A stretch of 64,000 nt of DNA from NCBI GenBank assembly GCA_001704065.1, contig LHBX01000057.1, forward strand, positions 3,634 through 67,633, given 5' to 3'. The DNA comes from Pelagibacteraceae bacterium GOM-A1 (lineage in GTDB: Bacteria > Pseudomonadota > Alphaproteobacteria > Pelagibacterales > Pelagibacteraceae). Shown piece after piece: positions 1-9,929 of this stretch. Position 1 is the stretch's first letter. The number at the start of each line of letters is the position of its first letter. The notes under the pieces were generated by a model. The model was not told where the DNA came from, searched no databases, and worked only from the letters and a program-made list of their open reading frames with translations. The translations under genes and the position numbers were made by a program.

Positions 1-1
1 A

Positions 2-571
2 TCCAATACAGTAGCAGCTTCAGCAGCAACAGGATCAGGATGTGGTCCAAACTCAATAAACTATGTGTTAGGAATTACAAAAGCATATACAACAAGGGTA
101 GGTGAAGGACCTTTCCCAACAGAATTAACAGATGATATTGGTAATCATTTAGGTGAAAAGGGACATGAATTTGGAACTGTAACTAGCAGAAAAAGAAGAT
201 GCGGCTGGTTTGATGGAGTTCTAGTAAGACAAACAATAAAGATTTCGGGTATTGATGGAATAGCATTAACTAAATTAGATGTATTAGATGAACTTGATGA
301 AATAAATCTTTGTGTAGCTTACGAACTAAATGGCAAAGAAATAGATTATTTCCCTGCTGCTGTTGAAGATCAATTAAATGTCAAACCCGTATATAAAACA
401 TTCAAAGGCTGGAAATCTAAAACACAAGGTATTAAAAAATTTGACGATTTACCTAATAATGCAAAAATTTATGTAAAAGCTGTTGAAGACTTCATTGAGA
501 CAAAAATATCAAGTATTTCAACAAGTCCAGAGAGAGAAGATACCATTCTCTTAATAGATCCATTTAATTAA
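2..571 (+). CDS. purA: adenylosuccinate synthetase, 3' part (gene starts upstream of the window)
   Basis: Frame is open from nt 2 ([41 protein letters not shown]), with RRCGWFD, TKLDVLD and STSP motifs. The GTG at 65 in the ORF track is internal. Confidence 0.97.
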   Translation, partial: SNTVAASAATGSGCGPNSINYVLGITKAYTTRVGEGPFPTELTDDIGNHLGEKGHEFGTVTSRKRRCGWFDGVLVRQTIKISGIDGIALTKLDVLDELDEINLCVAYELNGKEIDYFPAAVEDQLNVKPVYKTFKGWKSKTQGIKKFDDLPNNAKIYVKAVEDFIETKISSISTSPEREDTILLIDPFN

Positions 572-619
572 TATTAGAATTAATTTAATTAACTATAAAA
601 TCCATCATATACTACTAAT

Positions 620-2425
620 ATGATCAATAAATATATTCATATATTTATTATTTTTTGTGTTATTTTAATCAACTCTAAGCATGTATACGCTGTTGATTTA
701 TCATCAACTACTCCTGCAGATAATGCAACACAGATTACAGTGAATACTGGAATAGATCTCGTGTGGCTAGCATCAGGGTCTGTAACAGCAAATAACGGAA
801 ATGTAATTTTAAAAAAAACATCAGATGACAGCACTGTTGAAACTTTTTCAACTAATGGAATGTTTTTAGCTATGAGTTTGTCCGCTCCAGCAACAGTTAC
901 AGCTACATTTGCTTTATCATCAAATTTAGATGAGGATACTGAATATTATATCTTAGTAGATAGTGCAGCATTTAATAATTTTGATGGTATTTCAAGTAAA
1001 ACAGAATTAAATTTTAAAACAGTAGATAATAATAATCCTACTTTAACATCTTCTTCGCCATCTGATGATGCATCTAATGTTAGCATATCATCAAATATAG
1101 TTCTTACATTTAATGAGGCTGTAGATGCCGAAAGTGGAAATATTGATATAATAAATACATCAACAGGCGAAGCGATAGAGATTGATGTAACAGGATCATT
1201 ATTATCTGGAAGTGGAACAACTGAAATTACTATTAATCCGTCATCTGACTTAGAAAATGACACATCCTATCATGTAAAAATAGATTCAACCGCATTTGAT
1301 GATGCAGTTGGAAACTCTTATGCTGGTATTTCAAACACAACAACTATAAATTTTACTACTGCAAAAGGTCAAATTTTTGACGATACTGTAAAAACTTTAG
1401 TAAAAAATCAAACAACAGCCTCAATTCAATCAATGACTCAGTCATTAAATAGAGTAAATAGCCGCTTAAATTTTATAAGACCAATTCAAAATAGTAACAC
1501 TTCAAGAAATAAAATAGCATTAAATTTTAATGACCCATACGCAAACAAAATAGTTGATGCTTTAACAACTAACTTAATAAAATATGAAAAAAAGGAGAGA
1601 AAATTTGCTTTTTGGAGTGAAGGCAACCTTTCTTTTGGTAGAATAAACAACAAAGATAAAGACTTAGGTCAGGATCTTAGCACCAAGGGTTTTACGGTAG
1701 GATTTGATAAAAAAATTACAGATCTAAAAACTATAGGTTTGGCATTAAATCAATCTGAGCAAGAAACTCAAATTGGAAGTAATGATGCACATATGGATGC
1801 AACAGCAAAATCTTTATTAATCTATGGAAGCAACCAATTTTTTGAAAATCGATATTTCGAGGCTGCCATTGGATTTGGAGTAACAGAAATCGATATCAAT
1901 AGAAAAGTATCTGGAGGAAATAATAAAGGCTTAAGAGATGGAAAACAATTATTTGGAAGTTTCACTTACTTGTACGAACCATTAGAACAAAAAGAAAATA
2001 AAAACTTAAATTACTATTCTAGGATAGATTTAGGTTTTACTATATTAGACGATTATATTGAAAGTGGCGATGGTGATTCAATTAATTACAATGATCAAAA
2101 TATAAAAAGTTCGTCATTATCTTTTGGATTTAATTTTTCAAATATATTAGAGACAGATCAAGGATTTATTACTCCTTTAATACAGTTTGAAATTGGTAAA
2201 AATAAAACAATAAATTCACTATCAGAAGCTTATTATGTGAATGATTCTTCAACTATTTATGCTAATGCAATATCTGATCAAAATACATCACATGCAAAAC
2301 TAACCCTTGGATTAGGGGCTGCGTTGGAAGATGGTTTAAATATAAGTTTCATGGTCGATCATTATAGAAATGATAACGAAGCATTTAATACCAGTTTAAC
2401 TGCAAATATTAGAAAAGAATTTTAA
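620..2425 (+). CDS. autotransporter-like outer-membrane protein with two tandem Ig-like (Big_5/SbsA-type) domains
   Basis: Signal peptide; two repeats beginning SSTTPADNAT / TSSSPSDDAS and ending DS.AF...GIS..T..NF.T; helical linker; ~280-aa barrel of amphipathic strands ending in terminal Phe (ANIRKEF). Confidence 0.75.
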   Translation: MINKYIHIFIIFCVILINSKHVYAVDLSSTTPADNATQITVNTGIDLVWLASGSVTANNGNVILKKTSDDSTVETFSTNGMFLAMSLSAPATVTATFALSSNLDEDTEYYILVDSAAFNNFDGISSKTELNFKTVDNNNPTLTSSSPSDDASNVSISSNIVLTFNEAVDAESGNIDIINTSTGEAIEIDVTGSLLSGSGTTEITINPSSDLENDTSYHVKIDSTAFDDAVGNSYAGISNTTTINFTTAKGQIFDDTVKTLVKNQTTASIQSMTQSLNRVNSRLNFIRPIQNSNTSRNKIALNFNDPYANKIVDALTTNLIKYEKKERKFAFWSEGNLSFGRINNKDKDLGQDLSTKGFTVGFDKKITDLKTIGLALNQSEQETQIGSNDAHMDATAKSLLIYGSNQFFENRYFEAAIGFGVTEIDINRKVSGGNNKGLRDGKQLFGSFTYLYEPLEQKENKNLNYYSRIDLGFTILDDYIESGDGDSINYNDQNIKSSSLSFGFNFSNILETDQGFITPLIQFEIGKNKTINSLSEAYYVNDSSTIYANAISDQNTSHAKLTLGLGAALEDGLNISFMVDHYRNDNEAFNTSLTANIRKEF

Positions 2426-2430
2426 TAAGC

Positions 2431-3321
2431 TTAATTAGCTGGTAACAAATTTTTTGATTTAGCAGAGTTCAGCATATGTTTTTGAAGTTTTTCAAATGCT
2501 TTATTTTCAATTTGCCTTATTCTCTCTCTACTTATTTTGAATTTTTTACTTAAATCTTCTAAAGTTATTGGATCATCTGTTAATCTTCTCGAGTAAAGTA
2601 TTTCTTTTTCTCTTTCATTTAAAATTTTAATAGAATCTTGAAGAAGATCTTTTCGTTGTTCCATTTCTTCATTTTGTGCAAATTTAAGTTCTTGATCCAT
2701 TTCATTGTCTACAACCCAATCTTGCCATTCATCACCATCTTCTCCAATAGGTGCATTTAATGACTGCTCTTTTCCTGAAAGCCTTCTATTCATAGATACA
2801 ACTTCTTGTTCACTAACATCTAATCTGTTTGCTATATCTTTTACGTGTTCATCACGTAAGTCACCCTCAGTTCTAGGTGCAATTTGATTTTTTAACTTCT
2901 TCAAGTTGAAAAAAAGCTTTTTCTGAGCTGTTGTGGTTCCAATTTTTACTAAGCTCCATGATCTTAGAATATATTCTTGAATAGAAGCTTTAATCCACCA
3001 CATTGCATAAGTTGCAAGTCTAAACCCTTTTTCAGGTTCAAATTTTTTAACAGCTTGCATTAAACCTACGTTACCTTCTGAAATCATTTCATTAAGAGGC
3101 AAACCATAGCCTTTGTAACCCATTGCTATTTTAGCAACTAGTCTTAAATGACTTGTAACAAGTTTTTCAGCTGATTTAACATTTCCTGTAGTTTGCCAGT
3201 TTTTAGCTAGCATGTATTCTTCTTCTGCATCTAGCATAGGAAATTTTTTTATTTGAGCTAGATATGCCGCTAAGCCACCTTCATTTGAAAGTGTAGGCAA
3301 GTTATATGTATTATTACTCAT
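2431..3321 (-). CDS. rpoH: RNA polymerase sigma-32 factor
   Basis: LVTSHLRLV, EGNVGLMQAVKKF, RLATYAMWWI, RpoH box QKKLFFNLKK, SRERIRQIE; lies downstream of an RluA-family gene as in many Alphaproteobacteria. Confidence 0.96.
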   Translation of the reverse strand: MSNNTYNLPTLSNEGGLAAYLAQIKKFPMLDAEEEYMLAKNWQTTGNVKSAEKLVTSHLRLVAKIAMGYKGYGLPLNEMISEGNVGLMQAVKKFEPEKGFRLATYAMWWIKASIQEYILRSWSLVKIGTTTAQKKLFFNLKKLKNQIAPRTEGDLRDEHVKDIANRLDVSEQEVVSMNRRLSGKEQSLNAPIGEDGDEWQDWVVDNEMDQELKFAQNEEMEQRKDLLQDSIKILNEREKEILYSRRLTDDPITLEDLSKKFKISRERIRQIENKAFEKLQKHMLNSAKSKNLLPAN

Positions 3322-3364
3322 TGGAAGTATTTATGTAATAGAGAAATTTTTTTTTACAATCGTT

Positions 3365-4345
3365 TTATTTACTTAATTTTCTTAGTTTTTTTAGGATATC
3401 ACCTAACTCCTTTGGGATATTTGATGAAAATTCTAATCTTTCCTCTGTCCTTGGATGGTCAAAACCTAGCTGTTTTGCATGCAAAAATTGTCTATCAAGA
3501 TTTAAAATTTTATTATTAAGATCTTCATCAATGTTTTTAAATTTTTTAAATTTCTTTTTATATTTTTTATCTCCAAGAATATTATTACCTTTGTATGACA
3601 TATGAACTCTTATTTGATGAGTTCTTCCAGTTTCTAATTTACATTGTATAAAACTAAATGTTGGAACTTTATCATTCTCAAAAAGCTCTAATGTTTCATA
3701 ATGTGTAATTGCTTTTTTACCTTTGGTTGATGATACTTCCATGATCTGTCTATTTTTCGAACTTCTGGTTATGAATGTTTCAATTGTTCCTTTTTGAGGC
3801 CTTAATTTTCCCCAAATTAAAGTTTGATAAACTCTAGTTATAGAATGTTCAGAGAATTGAAGAGATAATTTTTCATGAGTTGAGTTATTTTTTGCTATTA
3901 CAATTAATCCAGAAGTATCTTTATCAATTCTATGAACTATACCAGGTCTCAGTTCATCTCCAATATCAGATAAATTTTTGCTATCATAATTCATTAACGC
4001 ATTAACTATCGTATTATCATAATTACCAGCACCAGGATGCATTGAAATTCCAGAAGGCTTGTCAATTACGATTAAGTCTTCATCTTCATAAATTATATTT
4101 AATTTAAAATCGTATGGTTTTAAGCTTTGTTTCTTAGGTTCAACAATTTCAAGTTCAATTTTGTCATTTAATTTAGTCTTAATTGAAGGGTCTAAGACTA
4201 TTCTCTCATTAATTTTTAATTTACTGTCTAGTATTAAATTTTTTACTCTAGTTCTGCTTAAGCTTTTATCAAGATTTGCTAATATTGTGTCTACTCTCTT
4301 GTTACTATCATCCTCTTTAATAATAAAATTGATGATATTTTTCAT
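3365..4345 (-). CDS. rluD: RluA/RluD family 23S rRNA pseudouridine synthase
   Basis: N-terminal S4-like domain, IVHRIDKDTSG catalytic Asp motif, TGRTHQIRVH, GD..Y, QFLHA. Confidence 0.9.
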   Translation of the reverse strand: MKNIINFIIKEDDSNKRVDTILANLDKSLSRTRVKNLILDSKLKINERIVLDPSIKTKLNDKIELEIVEPKKQSLKPYDFKLNIIYEDEDLIVIDKPSGISMHPGAGNYDNTIVNALMNYDSKNLSDIGDELRPGIVHRIDKDTSGLIVIAKNNSTHEKLSLQFSEHSITRVYQTLIWGKLRPQKGTIETFITRSSKNRQIMEVSSTKGKKAITHYETLELFENDKVPTFSFIQCKLETGRTHQIRVHMSYKGNNILGDKKYKKKFKKFKNIDEDLNNKILNLDRQFLHAKQLGFDHPRTEERLEFSSNIPKELGDILKKLRKLSK

Positions 4346-4368
4346 AAATTATTATATTAAATTATTAT

Positions 4369-4445
4369 GCGTTCGTAGCTCAACTGGATAGAGCGCCAGA
4401 TTTCGGCTCTGGAGGTTCAGGGTTCGACTCCTTGCGGGCGCACCA
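4369..4445 (+). tRNA. tRNA-Arg(UCG)
   Basis: Cloverleaf: acceptor GCGTTCG/CGGGCGC, D-loop with A20 (Arg identity), anticodon stem CCAGA/TCTGG with loop TT-TCG-GC (anticodon 4403-4405), GGTTCGACTCC T-arm, encoded CCA. Confidence 0.95.
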
Positions 4446-5237
4446 TTATTCGCCCATATTAATAAGCGTTCCTTTGTTTTTTGCGACATTGAAAGAATAA
4501 TAGAATAATGCAATTGATAATACAAAGTAAACTCCATTCCACACGAAAGCATAATAGATATTTTGAATATCTACAGTTTGATTAATCAAAATATTTCTTG
4601 CTTCTTCAAATATATATACCAATGGTAGTAGATAAGCTATCTTCTGGAACACCTCTGGCAATATTTCAATTGGATAATAAATGCATCCAAATGGAGCTAA
4701 TAAAAACATTGTAGACCATGCAATATTTTCAAAAGAGGGTCCATATCTTAATAGACCAGCAGATACCAGGATGCCAAGTGTTATTCCAAATAAATATAGG
4801 CTCAAAAATAAAAAGAATAAAAATATTCCTAAATCTAAAATTGAAATACCGAATAATGGAGAAGTTAAAAGCACTGCTGGTATTAAACCTATAAGAGCTC
4901 TAATCAAAGCTGTAGCAACAAGTGAGGTTAATATTTCACCAATTTTCATTGGCGCAATAAATAAATTTGTAAAGTTTCTACTCCAAATCTCTTCAAGAAA
5001 TAGCATATTAAATCCAATGCTTGTTCTGAAAAGAAAATCATAAAGGATTGCGCACGTTAATATAACTCCTACCGCATTATTATAATATGTTGTATGTGTA
5101 GCAAAAAAATTTGAGATAAATCCCCATAAAGTAATTTGAATAGTTGGCCAATAAACAAGATCTAAAACTCTTGGGAAAGATCTGGTAATTAAATAAAAAT
5201 GTCTTAAAAAAAGACCATACATTCTAGTTAAGCTCAT
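4446..5237 (-). CDS. ABC-2 type exporter permease (NodJ/DrrB-like)
   Basis: Six hydrophobic segments, EEIWSRNFTNLF.AP and ..YYP...LP motifs; overlaps the ATPase gene. Confidence 0.85.
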   Translation of the reverse strand: MSLTRMYGLFLRHFYLITRSFPRVLDLVYWPTIQITLWGFISNFFATHTTYYNNAVGVILTCAILYDFLFRTSIGFNMLFLEEIWSRNFTNLFIAPMKIGEILTSLVATALIRALIGLIPAVLLTSPLFGISILDLGIFLFFLFLSLYLFGITLGILVSAGLLRYGPSFENIAWSTMFLLAPFGCIYYPIEILPEVFQKIAYLLPLVYIFEEARNILINQTVDIQNIYYAFVWNGVYFVLSIALFYYSFNVAKNKGTLINMGE

Positions 5238-5961
5238 TTTTGCTCCTTGATAATTTTAAAAAAACTTCCTCTAGGTTTTTTCTGCCATGTTTATTGATTA
5301 ATTCTTTAGGATTTCCTTCATCGATAATAATCCCATCCTTCATCATTAGAATTGATTTACAAAGCCTAGTGACTTCATTCATATTATGAGAGGCAAGAAG
5401 TATAGATATTTTTTTTTCTTTTTTATAATCTTCCAAAAAAGATCTAACAAAATCACCTACTTCCGGATCTAATGATGCAGTTGGCTCATCTAATAGCAAT
5501 ACTTTTGGTTCGTTGATTAATGCTTTTGCCAAACTTACTCTATTTTTTTGTCCAGATGATAATTCACCGGTAATGCTATTAAGCAAATCTTCTAATCTTA
5601 ATTTTTCTGATAAAAATTCGATCCTCTCATTAATATTATTTATTTTGTATAATTTTCCATAAACAGTTAGATTTTGTTTAACTGTAAGTTTTTTTGGTAA
5701 TTCAATATATGGAGATATGAAGTTAATCTGTTCCAAGATTTCAATTCTATTCCCTTCCAATTTTTGACCGTTTATTAAAATTTCTCCACTAGTTGGTTTT
5801 AAAAGTCCCAATAACATGCCTATCGTTGTTGTTTTGCCCGAGCCATTTGGACCTAATAGACCTAAAATTTCGTCTTGTTTTATGTTAAAACTTATACCTT
5901 TGACAGCTTCATTCTTTCCATAATTTTTTTTTATATTTTTAACTTCCACTAAATTCTTCAT
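5224..5961 (-). CDS. ABC exporter ATP-binding protein (NodI/DrrA-like)
   Basis: Walker A GPNGSGKTT, signature LSSGQK, Walker B LLLDEPT, H-loop SHNM. Confidence 0.92.
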   Translation of the reverse strand: MKNLVEVKNIKKNYGKNEAVKGISFNIKQDEILGLLGPNGSGKTTTIGMLLGLLKPTSGEILINGQKLEGNRIEILEQINFISPYIELPKKLTVKQNLTVYGKLYKINNINERIEFLSEKLRLEDLLNSITGELSSGQKNRVSLAKALINEPKVLLLDEPTASLDPEVGDFVRSFLEDYKKEKKISILLASHNMNEVTRLCKSILMMKDGIIIDEGNPKELINKHGRKNLEEVFLKLSRSKNELN

Positions 5962-6893
5962 TTTTTTGATGCTCTAAAAAGTCTATCGTTAATCACTAAT
6001 CCAAAGTTTTGGTTTGGTATTCTTTGTACAGCTATTTTTTTGTAACCTAACTTCTTAATTTTTCTTAATGTTTTATATAAATTTTTAACACTCTCCATTA
6101 GGTTATTTGTCTTACTTAAGTAAAAATAATTCTTATTATTTTCTTCTCTCTTCTTAATTAGGATAAAAGCCTCATCTTTTTTTATTTTAACTGCGTTTAA
6201 TCTAATAGGTATACCAGGTGAATAATGAATTCTTCTTCTCCCTGGAGAACTTATTTTACTTTTAGCATACAATTTAGTTTTTAAATTTGTTTTTAATTTT
6301 TTGTTTAATATAGAAATATTTAAACCACCCAATCTTAAAATTTGGGGTTTTTTTACTAAACTTATAATCGTAGATTCAACGCCAATTTTTGATCTTCCGC
6401 CTTCTAGAATAAATTTAATTTTTTCTCCAAATTCATCATATACATCATCTTTTGTTACTGGACTTATCCCTTCAGAGATATTTGCGCTTGGCGCTGCTAA
6501 AGGATATTTTAATGATTTTAATAATTTTCTAGCGGTTCGGTGACTTGGAAATCTTACACCTAAGGTTCTTTTGTTATTAGTAACGTTTTTTGAAATTTTG
6601 CTTTCATTTTTTAGTTTTAATATAAATGTAATTGGACCAGGGCATAATGAATTATAAAGTTTATAAAACAAAGTATTAGTCTTACAATCTTTCTCCAAAT
6701 CTTTAATATTATAGTAATGAACAATTAAGGGGTTATCGGCAGGTCTTCCTTTTAATTTAAATATTCTTTTGGTAGCTTTATCAGAATAGGCATTAGCAGC
6801 TAATCCATAGACAGTTTCCGTAGGTATTCCAATACATTCGCGATTATTTAAATATTTTACTGCTTTTTTAATATTTGAATCATTAATTTTCAT
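5958..6893 (-). CDS. tsaC: L-threonylcarbamoyladenylate synthase (Sua5 type, with C-terminal domain)
   Basis: PTETVYGLAA, K.RP.DNPLIVH, APSAN.S, G+ESTI, PG....HY linker, NDRL.RA end. Confidence 0.93.
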   Translation of the reverse strand: MKINDSNIKKAVKYLNNRECIGIPTETVYGLAANAYSDKATKRIFKLKGRPADNPLIVHYYNIKDLEKDCKTNTLFYKLYNSLCPGPITFILKLKNESKISKNVTNNKRTLGVRFPSHRTARKLLKSLKYPLAAPSANISEGISPVTKDDVYDEFGEKIKFILEGGRSKIGVESTIISLVKKPQILRLGGLNISILNKKLKTNLKTKLYAKSKISSPGRRRIHYSPGIPIRLNAVKIKKDEAFILIKKREENNKNYFYLSKTNNLMESVKNLYKTLRKIKKLGYKKIAVQRIPNQNFGLVINDRLFRASKK

Positions 6894-6916
6894 ATAATAT
6901 TACAAATTATTATATG
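6891..6916. promoter_or_regulatory. symmetric bidirectional promoter between tsaC and xseB
   Basis: CATATAATA-N8-TATTATATG is a perfect 9-bp inverted repeat that includes both start codons; TATAAT at 6893-6898 (+) and at 6914-6909 (-). Confidence 0.5.
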
Positions 6917-7168
6917 AATGAAAAAATTTTGCCAGATGATATTGAATCAAAATCTTTGAGTGAACTCACAGATATAGCGGATCGTTTAATACAAGAATTA
7001 GAAAGTAAAAAAAATTTGGAAGAATCTATTGATGATTATCAATATTTGATAAAGTTAAATAATTTAATAGAGAAAAAATTTCAAAAGGATTCAAAAAATA
7101 TATCTGAAACTACCAAGCTAAAAATTGAAGAATTAACCTCAAAAAAAAATGAAAAAAAAATTAGTTAA
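6914..7168 (+). CDS. xseB: divergent exodeoxyribonuclease VII small subunit-like protein
   Basis: 84-aa helical protein with LE...LEESI..Y pattern, in the conserved xseB-ispA-dxs position. Confidence 0.6.
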   Translation: MNEKILPDDIESKSLSELTDIADRLIQELESKKNLEESIDDYQYLIKLNNLIEKKFQKDSKNISETTKLKIEELTSKKNEKKIS

Positions 7169-8018
7169 AACTGTTAATGAAGTAAATAAATTTTTAAAAG
7201 ATTACTTAGCAAAACAAAAAAAAACAGATCTAATTATACCTATTAAGTATGGTTTATTTCCTGGAGGAAAAAAAATAAGATCTAAGCTTATTTTTGATGT
7301 TGGAAAAATTTTTAATGTCGAAAAAAAATATCTTTTATATTTAAGTTCAGCTGTTGAATGTATACACGCTTATTCACTAATACATGACGATTTACCGTGT
7401 ATGGATGATGATGATATTAGAAGAGGTAAACTAACTACACATAAAAAATTTGGAGAATCAACAGCTGTTTTAGCTGGAAACTCCCTTTTGACATTAGCTT
7501 TTGAAATTTTATCTGATCCAAAGTTCAATATAAATAACAATAAAAAAATATCCCTAATAAATCTAATATCTCAATCGTCAGGTCACCAAGGAATAGCTGG
7601 AGGTCAATTTTTAGATTTAAATTATGAAAGAAAAAAAGTTTCTAAACAAAAAGTTATAGATATGGAGATTAAAAAGACTGGAAAATTATTTTCATTCAGC
7701 TGTTTGTCTCCAGTTTTTTTGACAAATAAAAAAGATCAAATAAAAAAATTCTCAATTATTGGTGAAAAAATTGGTTTACTTTTTCAAATTGCAGATGATT
7801 TAATTGATTATAGCAGTACATCAAAAACTGCAGGAAAAAAAACAAATAAAGATTCAAAAAGGGGAAAAGCAACATTAATAAGTTTACTAGGATATAAAAA
7901 TGCTATTAAATATGCGTCAAAACTAAAAAAAGAAATATTTAATAGTTTAGTTAGCTATGGAAATAATGCTGGTGATTTAAAAGAAACAATTGAATTTATA
8001 TTAAGTAGAAATAAATAA
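7149..8018 (+). CDS. ispA: farnesyl diphosphate synthase
   Basis: GGKKIR, SLIHDDLPCMDDDDIRRG, GQFLD, KTGKL, FQIADD. Confidence 0.95.
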   Translation: MKKKLVKTVNEVNKFLKDYLAKQKKTDLIIPIKYGLFPGGKKIRSKLIFDVGKIFNVEKKYLLYLSSAVECIHAYSLIHDDLPCMDDDDIRRGKLTTHKKFGESTAVLAGNSLLTLAFEILSDPKFNINNNKKISLINLISQSSGHQGIAGGQFLDLNYERKKVSKQKVIDMEIKKTGKLFSFSCLSPVFLTNKKDQIKKFSIIGEKIGLLFQIADDLIDYSSTSKTAGKKTNKDSKRGKATLISLLGYKNAIKYASKLKKEIFNSLVSYGNNAGDLKETIEFILSRNK

Positions 8019-9929
8019 ATGCAAAATTATAAATATTTAAATAATATTAATTTTCCTTCAGATATAAAAAAGCTGAATAATGAAGAATTAAAAATTCTAT
8101 CAGATGAAGTAAGAAGCGAAATGATTGATGCTGTTTCAAAAACAGGTGGTCATCTTGGCGCTGGTTTAGGTGTTGTAGAATTAACAGTAGCACTTCATCA
8201 TGTTTTTGACACCCCAAAGGACAAATTGATATGGGATGTTGGCCATCAATCATACCCTCATAAAATTTTAACAGGAAGAAAAGATAAAATACGAACTTTA
8301 AGACAAGGAAATGGATTATCTGGTTTTACAAAGCGAACAGAAAGTGAATTTGACCCTTTTGGTGCAGCTCATAGTTCTACTTCTATTTCTGCTGGACTTG
8401 GTATTGCAACGGCAAATAAATTATCAAATAAATCAGATCAGGTTATAGCAGTTATTGGAGACGGTGCCATGAGTGCAGGAATGGCATATGAAGCTATGAA
8501 TAATGCTGGAGACTCAAAAACAAAAATGATCGTAATTTTGAATGACAATGATATGTCAATTGCAAAACCAGTTGGTGCAATGAAATCTTATCTTGCTAAA
8601 ATTTTTTCAGGTAAAATTTATTTTAGTTTCAGAGAAACAGTTAAAATGATTATTTCGTCCTTTTCAAAAAGATTTAGCAAAAAGGCTGGAAAGGCTGAAG
8701 ATTTTTTGAGATCGGCTGTCACGGGTGGTACATTATTTAATTCATTAGGTTTTTATTATGTTGGTCCAATTGATGGTCATGATTTAGATGTTCTGTTGCC
8801 AATTTTAAAAAACGCAAAAGAAAGTGATTATAATGGTCCAATACTGATTCACATAAAAACTCAAAAAGGCAAAGGATATAGTTTTGCTGAAAAATCAGAT
8901 GATAAGTATCACGGAGTTACAAAATTTGATGTTCAAACTGGAGTACAACAAAAATCAAAAACCAAAGCCCCTGCTTTTACAAAGGTATTTGCAAATACAT
9001 TAATAGAGCATGCAAAGAAAGATAGTAAAATTGTAGGTATAACTGCTGCTATGCCATCTGGGACAGGAATGGACGCATTTAGTAAAGTTTTCCCAGACAG
9101 AACTTTTGATGTTGGAATTGCTGAACAACATGCTGTTACTTTTGCTGCAGGTTTAGCAACAGAGGGTTATAAGCCTTATGCAGCAATTTATTCAACATTT
9201 TTACAAAGAGCTTATGATCAGGTAGTTCATGATGTTGCAATTCAAAGTTTACCAGTAAGATTTGCAATTGATAGAGCTGGTTTAGTTGGCGCCGATGGAG
9301 CCACGCATGCAGGTGCTTTTGATATTACATATTTATCAACTTTACCTAATTTTATTGTTATGGCAGCAAGTGATGAAGCAGAATTGGTAAGAATGGTCAA
9401 TACGTCAGTAGATATTAATAATCAACCATGTGCATTTAGATATCCAAGAGGAAATGGAGCAGGTTTAGAATTACCTGATATCAATGAAAAAATAGATATT
9501 GGAAAAGGTAGAGTTATAAGAGAAGGTAAGAAAGTTGCCTTAGTAAGTTTTGGTAACAGATTAAAAGAATGTTTATTGGCTGAAGAAGGTTTAAAAAAAA
9601 TGGGAATTAATCCAACAATTATAGATGCTAGATTTGCAAAACCTCTGGATGAAAATCTTATGTGGCAAGTTGCAACAAATCATGAAGTGCTAATTACGTT
9701 GGAGGAGGGCTCTATAGGAGGTTTTGGAGCCCATGTAAATCATTTCTTAAATGAAAAAAATTTATTAGATAATAATATAAAATTTAGATCAATGATTTTA
9801 CCTGATAAATTTTTAGACCAAGATAAACCAGAAGAAATGTATAAAGAAGCTGGTCTAGATGCTAAATCTATTGAAGCGAAGGTTTTGGAAACTTTAAATT
9901 CCAAAGTTGTAATTAAAAAAACAAATTAA
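8019..9929 (+). CDS. dxs: 1-deoxy-D-xylulose-5-phosphate synthase
   Basis: [50 protein letters not shown]. Confidence 0.98.
   Translation: MQNYKYLNNINFPSDIKKLNNEELKILSDEVRSEMIDAVSKTGGHLGAGLGVVELTVALHHVFDTPKDKLIWDVGHQSYPHKILTGRKDKIRTLRQGNGLSGFTKRTESEFDPFGAAHSSTSISAGLGIATANKLSNKSDQVIAVIGDGAMSAGMAYEAMNNAGDSKTKMIVILNDNDMSIAKPVGAMKSYLAKIFSGKIYFSFRETVKMIISSFSKRFSKKAGKAEDFLRSAVTGGTLFNSLGFYYVGPIDGHDLDVLLPILKNAKESDYNGPILIHIKTQKGKGYSFAEKSDDKYHGVTKFDVQTGVQQKSKTKAPAFTKVFANTLIEHAKKDSKIVGITAAMPSGTGMDAFSKVFPDRTFDVGIAEQHAVTFAAGLATEGYKPYAAIYSTFLQRAYDQVVHDVAIQSLPVRFAIDRAGLVGADGATHAGAFDITYLSTLPNFIVMAASDEAELVRMVNTSVDINNQPCAFRYPRGNGAGLELPDINEKIDIGKGRVIREGKKVALVSFGNRLKECLLAEEGLKKMGINPTIIDARFAKPLDENLMWQVATNHEVLITLEEGSIGGFGAHVNHFLNEKNLLDNNIKFRSMILPDKFLDQDKPEEMYKEAGLDAKSIEAKVLETLNSKVVIKKTN

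Noticed and set aside
564-593. Clustered TTAA motifs as CtrA boxes
   Set aside because: No TTAA-N7-TTAA spacing, and TTAA is ubiquitous in this DNA.
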